The notes: generated from the sequence alone by a model not told the origin. DNA of 64,000 nt from Octopus sinensis (GCF_006345805.1 NW_021832538.1:48151-112150), one strand, 5' to 3'; positions 12,428 through 24,452 are shown, counted from the stretch's first letter. Translations and numbers: made by a program.

Positions 12428-12722
12428 GTGAAGGTGCATGGCTTAGTGGTTAGCATATTCGGCTCACAATCGTAACGTTGTGAGTTCGATTCCCGGCGGC
12501 GCGTTGTGACCTTCAGCAAGAGACTTTATTTCACGTTGCTGCTGTATTTCAATTGACTAGCTCTGTCACATTCTGTATCAGGCTGAATCTCTTTGAGAAC
12601 TACGTTAAAAGTAGACGTGTCTGTGGAGTTCACAGCCACTTGCATGTTAATTTCACGGGCAGGTTGTATCCATTGATCAGATCAACCGGAATCCTTCCTC
12701 GTCGTCACCGACGGAGTGCCAA
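12428..12722 (+). mobile_element. Hybrid SINE: family D-type head and core with family C-type 3' half
   Basis: GGCTTAGTGGTTAG/GAGTTCGATTCC head, CAAGAGACTTTATTTCACGTTGCT core, tail ending ACCGACGGAGTGCC. Confidence 0.75.
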
Positions 12723-13287
12723 TTAAGTTTAGTATATGTGTTTGTTTAGATACGCATGCATATAAAGGAGACACTCAACGTAGTGGCTGATTAAACTGCT
12801 AGAACATAGGGCCAAACAACTAGAATCAGCAATCGAACAACAAAATCTGTTTTGTACCCGGAGAACCTACCCGCTTCCGAAGTCCACTATTGCCCTCATC
12901 CTGTTAAAACTTTGCCCGCGACTTTCTTCGCCTTCCATCTTGCCCATGACTTGATCCGCCTTTTGTCTTGCCCGTCGTCATCTTCGACTTAACCCCCACC
13001 ATCACCCATGACTTCCCCAGCCTCTTCTCTTGCTCCAACTCCTGTTGCCCCGCCTCCTTTCTTGCCCTCGCATCCTATTTTGCCCCACCCCTCTCCTACT
13101 CTCGCCTCCTGTCTTGCCCTGAGCTTCCTTTCTTGACCCCCGCCTTCCATCTTGCCTTTAAACTCATCTTGCCATTTTTGTCTTTTCCCCGTAGAGTTTG
13201 TGAATCTGTGCAGAGGGGAATGAAAAGTAAGTCTATATACACATTGCTGGATTCTGTATGCATGTATATATATATATATATATATAT

Positions 13288-13340
<53 letters not shown>

Positions 13341-13899
13341 ATGTATGTATATATCTATCTCTCTATATATGTATATCTATCTAGCTATGTGTGTGTGTAT
13401 ATATATATATATATAAGCTTCGAAAATTAAACAGAAGTACCACAAAGGAACAAACGGAAAATTCACACAGTATGAACATGCGCTTTCCTCGTCAGTTATC
13501 GTCCCAAAAAGTCATTACAGTTTCATGCCTTTTTAATGATAATATTGTTCATTTTTGATTGCGTAAAACTGCTGAGAAGAGTGAGCCAACGTTGGGGGGA
13601 CAGTGACGAAAACAAATACGACACAAAAATGTGAATATTGAACCAAAATAAAATTTACAATATACAAAATAAAGGCTGTACGGCTATATATATATATATG
13701 TGTGTGTGTGTATGTATATTTATCATCTCTTTGGAGATTTATGTGTAATCTTTAAAGGTTACTACTACTGTATACACTCTAAAGTTTTTTCTTGTACTCC
13801 TTGAAAATATCTAGAGCTTCTTGTTGTTACTCAAAGGAATACAATATCAGAGATAAGGAATAACCAATTCATGGACACGATTGCTTGCATGCTTGGTTG

Positions 13900-14250
13900 A
13901 CTATGTAAACAAGCAGATGGACAGATGTTGGATAATGTGGAACATTTCCAATATCTTGGTAGTTACATCTACCACAGATATAAATAAGGAGATAAAGTAT
14001 GCTAGTCGCCACAGAAGCGGCTATAAAAGAAAATTTTAAACATCTGAAGTAAGCAACCAAAATTATGGTGTAAATAAAGACAGCTGTACTCTCCCCCTAA
14101 CTTGGACAAGTCATGGGTAAATTTATCATAAGCTAGGAATCTACCACCAGAAATGCTTCGGGAGAATACTGTACATCCGGTGATAAAACTGACAGTATTG
14201 TCGATGTACTCGAGCAAGACGGTATATCCGGCTTCAAAACCGTGACTATG
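13900..14250 (+). mobile_element. RTE-clade LINE relic, heavily decayed
   Basis: DGQMLDNVEHFQYLGSYI at 13916, then YHQKC.GRILYIR and VLEQ.GIS-like remnants with stops and frameshifts. Confidence 0.7.
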
Positions 14251-14624
14251 TGATATCAGCTTTTTGTGTTGATTTGGGGGGGGGGTTGTAAGGGGCTCAA
14301 AAACCTGTTTTATTTTCAGCCGAATGAAGATGAGTGCATGTAAACAGAAGCTCAAAGTTAAGGGATATTTAAAAAGAAAAAAAAAGGTATGAAATCAATG
14401 CCTAATGTGTACCGTGCGCCGCTCGTTGGTGATTGAATAAAAGGAAAGTGGAAACGAATCATCTGTGATGGAGTGGAACACGTCAACGCAGTACGTACAG
14501 AATATCTCGACGATGAGTGGAAGAAGTAGTGAAGGGTGTGAAGCATGTATATATATACACACACAAACGCATCGTCAACATTTAATATACATTTTCGTTG
14601 TTGGCTTGGATTATACGACTTGAC

Positions 14625-14760
14625 AAGAAACTGGCAAGGCCCAGGGGCTGCACCAAGTTCTATGGTCTTATTTGGTATAGTTTCTATGGCTGGATGCCCT
14701 TCATAACGCCAGCCACTCTACACAGTGTACTGGGTGCTTTTTATGTGGCACCAGCACCCA
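14625..14760 (-). mobile_element. Family E, diverged
   Basis: TTTCTATGGCTGGATGCCCTTCATAACGCCAGCCACTC. Confidence 0.7.
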
Positions 14761-14844
14761 TGTGTATATTGTAGACATAGGTAAATCGATGACGAACGAC
14801 GAATCTAAAATCAAAAACATCAAAGGGATGTTCAGAGTGAATAT

Positions 14845-14935
14845 TATTCGTTTGACGCTCAGCGAAAGTTTTAGAGGGGAAAAATGAAAACTAGGAATAT
14901 GACGTTTCGAGCATAGCTCTTCGTCGTAGAAATAT
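14845..14935 (-). mobile_element. Penelope-like pLTR relic with decayed minimal hammerhead
   Basis: Minus strand reads ACGACGA-A-GAGC-TAT-GCTC-GAAAC-GTC; shares CTGAGCGTC..AATAATA downstream with 46520-46730. Confidence 0.55.
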
Positions 14936-15839
14936 ATACATATGTATATGTAAATATAGGATGTTGATATATAACACATGTGTAGAAATGCGTTAGCTTT
15001 TTATCGTCATTATCAACAACACAACCACCAATAACTATACCATTCTCATTACTAATACTTTACTCCTGAGATGAAAGTCTGTTGAGGATCACTGGTACTT
15101 CACCGCCGTCATCACGAATAAACGACAAAGTATCGGTGGGACCGATTTCTTGCCTGCTTCCACCCTTATCTACTGCTATGATGATGTGGACGGTGGTGGT
15201 GGTGATGATAGCGATGGTGGTTTTCACTGTTTATGTTTATTTGTTGGTGGAATATATCGAAAGATGCCTCGAGAATGTCTGAAAGAACGAGAGCGAGAGA
15301 AGGTAGGGTACGGATAGGGTAGGAGTGAATGAATGCTTATGAAAAGCTGTTTGGTGGGATGGGAAAGAGAATCGAAATATTACCCACACCGCCACCCCTA
15401 CACTTCAAATTGCCTTTTTATTTCATCTCTGCCGACGTGTTTTATATTTTTATAGCTCTTTGGAAATGTAATTAAGGCAAACGATTCATAACCGTAGTGG
15501 CTGCAATAACAATAACAAACGCCAATAAAAGAACGATGACAACTAAACAATAGTAATAAACACATTAGCGACAACACTCAACAACATCTAAGAAGGCAAC
15601 ATTAATAACAACAACATATGGTTGCTACATTTATCAATAGCGGGTCCTACGTCGATTTCGACGATGAACATTCAATTGTCCGATCAACCACAATAACCTG
15701 CTCGTATGAACGTGTAAACAGATTGCGTATTCCTATTTTCTTTATTGCCCACAAGGGGCTATTTTATTTATATTGCGTATTCCACCAAGCTGAATGTATG
15801 TATGAGAGATAAAGCTCCTTCCCTAGTTAGATAAACTAA

Positions 15840-16045
15840 TAGGACCGGTTTCTCTGGTGTATACACATCCCCACTGGACGGGACGCTAGCCCGTCGCAGG
15901 ATTGCTCACTTTTGCCAGCTGGGCGAACTGGAGCAACGTGAAATGAAATGTTTTTTGCTCAAGAATAATACAATGTGTCGCCCGGTTCCCGAATCGAAAT
16001 CACAATCATGAAACCAACAACCTTACCACTAAGCCATGCGCATCT
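15840..16045 (-). mobile_element. SINE with D-type head and core and V-domain-like 3' part
   Basis: Minus strand: GCGCATGGCTTAGTGG head, TTGAGCAA..TTTCACGTTGCTCCAG core, CCTGCGACGGGCTAGCGTCCCGTCCAG. Confidence 0.65.
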
Positions 16046-16495
16046 GGCATAATATATAGCTAGGTTGAATCTTCGGTTCAGTTTCTGTCTCTTATTTTAC
16101 TCACTTGAATGAATAAAAGAACAAAAAAACTTGTCCAAGAGGCCACTGAGATTATCGAACCCTAAGTTTTGTATTTGCGAAGCGAACTTTTAACCATTCG
16201 GCCATAACTTTATTCTCGAATTACCAATAATAAATAATATATGCTGTCTGTTTATCAGAAGTGTATCAGATGCTATCCAATGGTACAAACAAGATCAGAT
16301 TCTACCAATAGTATTTATAACAACATCAACAACAGATGCTATATGCTAGTAAACAATAGAATATTTAACAACAGACACAGACAAAGATAAAAGCATTAAA
16401 ATAATCTGCAATATGAAACACTGAGATAGTCTATGAAATCATAAGATACGCTGGAAACAGCAACGTGCCAAAACGAAGACTTTTGAAAAATAACC

Positions 16496-16574
16496 ACAAG
16501 TGTAACAGGTAGAACTGCATACATGTTCGACCCCGTGCGGGCGTCTGGTGTGTAGTTCTACAAATTATATTTGT
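16496..16574 (+). ncRNA. Candidate pre-miRNA-like hairpin
   Basis: 31 pairs in three helices (10+14+7), 8-nt loop, 7 G.U pairs, no A.C; no expression evidence. Confidence 0.4.
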
Positions 16575-16853
16575 ATGGACGATCATACTGAAGATCTACG
16601 GACAAATTGCGTAAGTAAAATTACGTAATCTGTTAATAGTGAAATATTGTTTATGATTTATCTATATTTTTGTTACTTTACATTTGTCTTGCTCGCTTAC
16701 GTTTCTGGTGTTTGCTAAATTTTCTAGAGAACATTTTTTAGTGGTAAGACCATAGCGGATCTACTTCTAGCATTAGGGTTGTCCACAAAATGGGAATAAA
16801 AACCTTCAAAGGTAATAATTATTATTAAAATTATAATTTAGGATATCTAAGAG

Positions 16854-17162
16854 ATACCTCCACGCTGGAAATAGCAGCCAAAACTAGACTCTAAAACCAC
16901 ATTAAATGTTCATACAGCACCAGGAGAGAAGACAAAAAGGACAAAATAAACTAGCAAAAGATTACTGGATAATTCCAGATCCCGGATTTCTGGCTTTGAG
17001 GCAAAGCATTTCTTATGCAAAGTCAGAAATCCGGGATCTGGAATTATCCAGTAATTCTTTGCTAGTTTATTTTGTCCTTTTTGTCTTCTCTCCTGGTGCT
17101 GTATGAAAATTTAATGTGGTTTTAGAGTCAAGTTTTGGCTACTATTTCCAGCGTGGAGGTAT
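16854..17162. repeat. 309-bp near-perfect palindrome (foldback)
   Basis: 145-bp arms 16854-16998 and 17018-17162, about 6 mismatches, 19-nt spacer. Confidence 0.95.
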
Positions 17163-17174
17163 GAGAACCAAGAT

Positions 17175-17290
17175 TTAAAATTTCACCAAGACACCTGATG
17201 AAAGCTGGAGGGTATATCAACCGAAACGTTGTGTTAACAACAAACAGGATGAGAACAAAATATCCGTCAAATGTAAATAATTATCCACTA
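17175..17290 (+). mobile_element. Penelope-like pLTR relic with minimal hammerhead
   Basis: GACAC-CTGATGA-A-AGCTG(10)CAACC-GAAAC-GTT-GTGTT. Confidence 0.6.
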
Positions 17291-17511
17291 TAATAATGTT
17301 TTTTTTTTTTTGCTTTGGCACAGGTTAACGTGTTTGTAGAGATAGTACACTATATTAATAGTGTTTCCTGTGTATCGAACTCTGACGGGACGTGAGGCAA
17401 CATCGGCGAGATCTGAACTCGAAAACGAAGAAACAATAAATAAATCGGTTATAAAGACGATTAGTCCGATGTTTCTATTTCCACTACCACGCCGCCACCG
17501 CCCTGAAAACC

Positions 17512-17554
<43 letters not shown>

Positions 17555-17816
17555 AACACTCGCTGTCTCTTACCCTCAACCCATTTCAATGAATCTAACG
17601 TCGACCAGTTTTTCTCTTTAAAGTTAACCAAACTCCACTTTCGCCCACCACCATCAACCCCAGGCCACCCACTGTTTTTACAACATTGCTGTTTTTGTGA
17701 TATAACTGTAAAGAAAATTTCATAATGAGGTGTGCGTAATTAGACTAGCATAAAGACGCCTATTTTTGAGAAAGTATATGCGTGAGTGTATATGTGTGTA
17801 TATAATATATTATATT

Positions 17817-17874
<58 letters not shown>

Positions 17875-17890
17875 TATATATATATATATA

Positions 17891-17972
<82 letters not shown>

Positions 17973-17984
17973 GTATATATAATA

Positions 17985-18133
17985 TCATCATCATCATCAT
18001 TTAGGTTAGCGTCCGCTTTCCATGCTAGCATGGGTTGGACGGTTCAACTGGGGTCTGGGAAGCCAGAAGGCTGCACCAGGCCCAGTCTGATCTGGCAATG
18101 TTTCTACGGCTGGATGCCCTTCCTAACGCCAAC
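17985..18133 (-). mobile_element. Family E
   Basis: (ATC)n then GCGTCCGCTTTCCATGCTAGCATGGGTT...CCTTCCTAACGCCAAC. Confidence 0.85.
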
Positions 18134-18354
18134 AAGACGTTAGAATATACATATATTATGTAATATATATATTATATACATATACACATAACCAAACACG
18201 CATACTTATGGGCATAAGAATTATTCAATTCCCTCAATAGTTAAGTTATATACACATATGTATATAAAAGCAAGACTGGAAAATATTTTGGTATTTTTTA
18301 CTCTATCTGAAAAATTTCTAATAGAAAATATCTGACGTTTTTTTTACGAGTAAA

Positions 18355-18596
18355 TTGACCCCATGACTTATTCTTTGGAAGCCTAGTACTTATTCTGTCG
18401 TTTTTTTTGCCGAACCGCTAAGTTACGGGGACAAACACACACACACATACACACACACACACATATATATACATATATATACGACGGGCTTCTTTCAGTT
18501 TCCGTCTACCAAATCCACTCACAAGGCTTTATCGGCCCAAGGCTATAGTAGAAGATACTTGCCCGCTACTTACCACACAGCCACTCCTGCGCCTAT
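18355..18596 (-). mobile_element. SINE B, 3'-truncated and internally deleted
   Basis: Family B body ending CAGCCACTCCTGCGCCTA. Confidence 0.85.
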
Positions 18597-18907
18597 AGTT
18601 CCCTAATTTACAAATATTCATTTTAAAACTCCATTTGTTTAATTACAGCAACCCCTAGTGCCAAGTCTTCGGCGTTCTATATGAATTGATCCGAGTATCA
18701 AAGTCTCATCAGATTTTTGCCTGGTTGTTCCGTATCCGTTTTGTTTTCTCACATTAATATTTCTTGAAGACTTGGTATCCATAATCTTCTACACAGATTC
18801 CAGTGAAAATTTCTCTCTGCGTCTGTAATCTTTCTGAAGTTACTATTTTTTACCTCCACATTCGCTGCCTCCTCTCCATAGTGTATCCACATTAGGGTAT
18901 CCCCTTA

Positions 18908-19082
18908 AATCATCTTTTAGCATCCGTTCTCCATGCTGGCATGGGTTAGACGATTTAACAGAAGCTGGCCAGCTTGAAGGTTGCCCAGGCTCTGTTTTGG
19001 CAAAGTTTCTACGCCTGGATGCCCTTCCTGAGGCCAAACGCTTTACATAAAAGTGCTTTTCCCCGTGACACCAGCACACACG
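18908..19082 (-). mobile_element. Family E, diverged
   Basis: CATCCGTTCTCCATGCTGGCATGGGTT...CTGGATGCCCTTCCT. Confidence 0.75.
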
Positions 19083-19734
19083 ATCCCACAAGACCAGGAT
19101 CCCTTGACTGAGAGAGGGATGCAGGGGACATGCCGATATGCATGGACAGCCACGATTACTGACAGTCGCTCTGGAGTACGTGTCCCCTGTTTCCAAGTCT
19201 ACTTTCCACCATCAACTCCGTCTTTAGATTCTTCCTCGGTATATTTCTGTTGTTTCTGCTGACACCATTCTCTACCTTGGGTAGATCCGAAATATCAGCA
19301 GTAGTAGCAGCAGCGCTTTACGTCCACTTTTTCGTGCTGGTATGGGTTGGGTGATATTTTTCTGCGGTATTTTACCGTCGGATACTTTTCTTGTCGCTAA
19401 CCTTTCTAACCGCTTACAAGCAGGGATACAGTACACTTATTCTAGAGCCGGCGTCACACGCAGTGCTATACTAACAATAAGCTTCTCGGTTATTCTGAAT
19501 ACCTTATTGTCAGACATGTTAAGAAAGAAGACCCTGGGGAGTTAAGTGCCTGTGCTGTTCGACAGAATCCAACACTGGTAATAGAATAAACTGTAACATC
19601 TCTGCCCACTAACTTTAGAGTCAGTCAGTCGCCCGCTGACACTCGTTGACGCTACATCGAAGAGGCCAGAGAACAGAAGAAAGAAGACATGCACCCAACA
19701 CCAGAGCTGAAGACACCTCCGAAAGGGGGGGGGG

Positions 19735-19790
19735 CACGTCAAAACGGTAGAGGCGTAGGGGCCGAAACCGGACGTGGTTCCTCCTGATGA
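19735..19790 (+). other. Structured motif shared with 38805-38864
   Basis: CACGTC-AAAA-CGG-TAGA-GGC-GTAGGG-GCC-GAAA-CCG-GACGTG-GTTCCTC-CTGATGA. Confidence 0.5.
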
Positions 19791-19979
19791 TGTCTTGAGC
19801 TAACTGGATCCTATAAAGGAGCTGGTGTGGTAGCAGACCACGAAACACGGTTGTAATTCCTCCTTAGTAGGTTTCGCTGATCGGAAAGAAGGGCTTTTCG
19901 TTGTAAACAGTGACAGCAGTGTAGAATTGACGAATGTGTAAAATTTCAGTTTTTTTTAAAGTTTTCTGCTAGCGTAGAG

Positions 19980-20171
19980 CAGTGGTTCCCAAAGTGGGCG
20001 GGGCGATGGATGTAAGAACAACGAAATAATGGGTTAATTAGGTTTTAAGTTTTAATTTGTGAAACACTATTGTTTTGAATTTGCTGCAGAAAGTGGTCTG
20101 TCTCTGTTTTGTGGTGGAAAATGGTGGGGGTGCCAAGGAGGCGGCAATCCGAAAAAGTTTATGAACCTCTG
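19980..20171. mobile_element. hAT-type MITE, old
   Basis: TIRs CAGTGGTTCCCAAAGT and AGTTTATGAACCTCTG; decayed 8-bp TSD GCGTAGAG/GCTTACAC (5/8). Confidence 0.55.
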
Positions 20172-20354
20172 GCTTACACCATAAAAGAAAAGCAACACAA
20201 AATTTATTTCAATTCTCCCCTTTCTTTCTCTCTCTCTCTCTCTCTTTTTCTCTCTCTTTCTCTCTTTCTTTCGCTCTCCCTCTATCTCTCTCTACCACTT
20301 TCAAAAATGAACTTTAAAGATGGAGTGTTCACTCATTATCACTGCATTGCTTTT

Positions 20355-20381
20355 GCTACCATCGCCGCCGCCGCCACCACC

Positions 20382-20412
<31 letters not shown>

Positions 20413-20514
20413 CCACCACCACCATCATCATCATTATCATCATCATCACCACCACCACCACTACCATCATCACCACCACCACCAGCACCACCACCACAGC
20501 ACCACCACCACCAG

Positions 20515-20593
<79 letters not shown>

Positions 20594-20595
20594 CC

Positions 20596-20626
<31 letters not shown>

Positions 20627-20640
20627 CTACCACCACCATT
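20355..20640. repeat. (ACC)n/(ATC)n compound microsatellite
   Basis: Direct reading; explains the poly-His/Thr/Pro ORFs. Confidence 0.95.
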
Positions 20641-20839
20641 TTCTTAACTGCTACACATAATTATTACATTGACGTTACCAACGTGAGAAGCCTTTATGTA
20701 GTCAATCGGAATGCTAGAAGTAGCAGCCAAAACTTCCTGAAATGAATTGCGTCCAACTTACACTACACACAAACTACAAACAACAACCAACAGGATGATC
20801 ACGACCGGAACCTATTTGATCCTTTGTCTGCGCTGAACG

Positions 20840-21260
<421 letters not shown>

Positions 21261-21302
21261 AGCTCTTCTGTACAGCTGCCTTTTTGCAAGCTCACACACA
21301 CA

Positions 21303-21338
<36 letters not shown>

Positions 21339-21647
21339 CACACTATACACATCACACTATACACATCACACTATACACACCACACGTATTTCGTAGATTT
21401 ACCGTATATATAATGCTTGCAAAGTACACCGCATACCTGCTTTATATATATATCGTTGATTTACTGTGTGACATAATAACACACACACACACACCACACA
21501 CACACACACACAACCACACATATATATATATTATATATATATATATATAATATATATGCGCACACACACGCATATCGTACATTTACCGTGTAACGTAATA
21601 ATACTTGCAAATAATACACCATTGCATACATACAGAGAAAATGTATG

Positions 21648-21687
<40 letters not shown>

Positions 21688-21994
21688 CGTGACACACAAC
21701 ACAGATATGTATGTATGTATGTATGTACGTACGTGTGATGTGAGTTTAAAAGAGATGCAGAAGTGGTATGACACAAAGATATTCAGATATACAGAAAAGC
21801 ATTCATATTTTAATATTTTAAATCGATTTGTGCAAACATCAAAGTCCGAGTCAGTTTGATTATTATCACACAACAATTCCTGATAAATATGTTTCATGGT
21901 AGAAAAGAGAAATTGAACAATATTTGCTAAAACGAATCAAGACTTGGTTTACTTGTCGGCGTTGATGTTATTGCTTATATTTACGTTGTTGTTG

Positions 21995-22170
21995 TTATTG
22001 TTGTTGCTGTTCAGCTCCGAGTCATCCACAATCGAGCTACAGATCTACGACCCAAACGGCCTTCCAGCCATGACCATCCTGTATTTCTTTCTCCAGAGAG
22101 ATTGTCTTTTTAAAGATGGCATTGCGTAATTTGAGAGATATTTTTGTTATTTCTAGCAAATGGGTCGACT
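21995..22170 (-). mobile_element. Family H SINE 3' part, diverged
   Basis: (TTG)n tail, CCAGCCATGACCATCC, TTATTTCTAGCA; related to 58660-58840. Confidence 0.55.
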
Positions 22171-22212
22171 ATGTAGGAGCTTCCTTGTTGGTCCCTTTTA
22201 CCTCCAGTATAA

Positions 22213-22442
22213 CCTATTTCTTTACTACCCACAAAGGGGCTAAACACAGAGGAGACAAACAAGGACAAACGGATTAAGTCGATTACATCGACCCCAGTGC
22301 GTAACTGGTACTTACTTAATCGACCCCGAAAGGATGAAAGGCAAAGTCGACCGCGGCGAAATTTGAACTGGGAACGTAGCGGCAGACGAAATACCACAAA
22401 GCATTTCGCCCGGCGTGCTAACGTTTCTGCCAGCTCGCCGCC
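22213..22442 (-). mobile_element. SINE family A
   Basis: Full reverse-complement match to 27991-28218. Confidence 0.9.
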
Positions 22443-22465
22443 CTTATCCTGTATAATCTATAATT

Positions 22466-23240
22466 TTGTGAGGGTGTGTGGCCCAGCGGTTAGAGTGTCG
22501 CACTACGACCGTAAGATCGCAGTTTCGTTTCCTGGACCATTGTGTTCTTGAGCAAAATACTCTCATTTTCACGTTGCTCCCTGCGATTACTCCGACACCT
22601 GACGTACGGTTCACTGTAATCTGTACAAGCTGTGTCAATTTTATGGAGGGAGTGAGCTAATGCACGGTGCAGGATCATCCGCGCAGGTTGTCAACCAAGA
22701 ATTTGCTGAACCCTTATATGTCATCTACGACTGGAGAACCCACAATTATTTTTATAACAGACGTACTTTTTTGTGTGAATGCGCATGGCTCAGTGGTTAA
22801 AGCGTCAAGCTCACAATCATGAGGTAGTGAGATCGATTCCCGGGCCGGGCTGTGTTGAGTTCTTGAGCAAGACACTTATTTCACGTTGCTCTGGATCACT
22901 CAGCTGTAGAAATGAGTTGCGACGTCTCTGGTGCCAAGCTGTATCGGCCCCTTTGCTTTTCCCTTGGGTAACATCAGTGGTGTGGAGAAGGGATGTTGGT
23001 ATGCAAATGCGGCTGCTGGTCTTCCACAAACAACCTTGCTCGGACTTGTGCCTGGAAGGGTAACTTACTAGGTGCAATCCCATGGTCATGCATGACCGAA
23101 GGGAGTCCTTCACTTTCATTTTCTCTTGTGTGGTCACTCGACATCCTAGAAGTGCCAATCAAATTTCCTCATACAAGTCTTTGTCATTGGATCATGTAAC
23201 CACAGAGGCAGTATGTCTGACAATAAGATGGGTCACAGCC
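22466..23240 (+). mobile_element. Family H SINE, old, interrupted by SINE D
   Basis: tRNA-like head and TTCTTGAGCAA core; body resumes at 23126 collinear with the uninterrupted copy at 24935-25130. Confidence 0.6.
22778..23125 (+). mobile_element. SINE family D nested in H
   Basis: GCGCATGGCTCAGTGGTT head; TTGTGTG duplicated at 22771-22777 and 23126-23132; matches 52705-53066. Confidence 0.85.
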
Positions 23241-23741
23241 TCGAGGCTATAGAAGAAGACACTTGCCCAAGATGTCACTGTGGTTGTTAAGCAAGCTTTT
23301 TACCACATAGCTTCTCCTGTGGATATATATATATATATAATATGCAATATCACCCCCTTGTGTGTGTATGTGTATATATGTGTGACACACACACACATTC
23401 ACATCAATAATATGAGTGACGTACATAGAGACTGTTGGATGTAGAAGTATGGAGTACAATGAAGTAGAGTCGAAGAGATTCATTCAAAACTGGGTTTCAT
23501 TGAGTTCTTTCCAATTTCACATTTCCGCTTAATCAGGCGACTTTATTGCCTGCTTTATTGTTTGGGTTCTATATAAAGCTAGTAAAGCTTCACCTGGGAG
23601 GCTGGACAACGACAAAGTCGCATTCTGAAGATCAGCAAATGTCGACTGAGGAAATGGTACAAATGCATTTAGCTGTAATTGTTTTAAGGACGTAGTTGTA
23701 ATGGATATTTTTGGTTGGCATCTTTTCTTTTTTTTTTTTTT

Positions 23742-24127
23742 TTCAGTCATTTGCTGCTGCTGTGCGGTGGCACCTCCTTCAAGACTTTTTATCGAACAAA
23801 TCGATCCAAGGACTTTTTTTTAAAGCCTAGTATTTATTTTATCGGTCTCTTTTGCCGAACCGCTAATTCACGGATATATAAACACACCAACACTAGTTGT
23901 CAAGTGATGTCGAGTGGGTGGGCAAACACAGACGCATACACACACACACACACACTCACGACTGGGCTTCTTTCAGTTTCCGTCTACCAAATCCACTGAC
24001 AAGGCTTTGGTCAGCCCGAGACTATATAAGTAGAAGACACTTGCCCAAGGACCGCCTTGCCGTAAAACTGAACCTGGAACCGCGTGACTGGAAAACAAGC
24101 TTCCTACCATACAGCCACGCCTGCACC
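23742..24127 (-). mobile_element. SINE family B, diverged
   Basis: Family B body. Confidence 0.85.
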
Positions 24128-24268
24128 AATTTGTTGGAGAATTAATGATCGCAAGAAATGTAAACTTAAAGAATTCTCGTTGGGTTTTTAACTTTTTGTA
24201 ATTAACCTTAAAGTGGTAAGATGAGGGAAGACATTTTTATGGAAAAAGAGTTTTGGGGATACTCCATT

Positions 24269-24452
24269 ACTCTTTTTTACTTGTTTCAGTCATTTCACTG
24301 TGACCATGCTGGAGCACCGCCCTTAGTCGAACAAATCGACCCCAGGACTTATTCTTTGTAGGCATAGTATTCTACGGTCTCCTTTGCCGAACCGCTAAGT
24401 TTCAGGGACGTGACCACACTAACGTCGGTTGTCCAGCAATGGTGGGGGACAA

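Noticed and set aside
19122-19189. CAGGGGACATG/CGTGTCCCCTG inverted repeat as a mini hAT element
   Set aside because: No 8-bp TSD, single copy, and only 11 bp.
19707-19783. CTGAAGA...GAAAC as a canonical type I hammerhead
   Set aside because: Stem II and stem I cannot form in register with the core.
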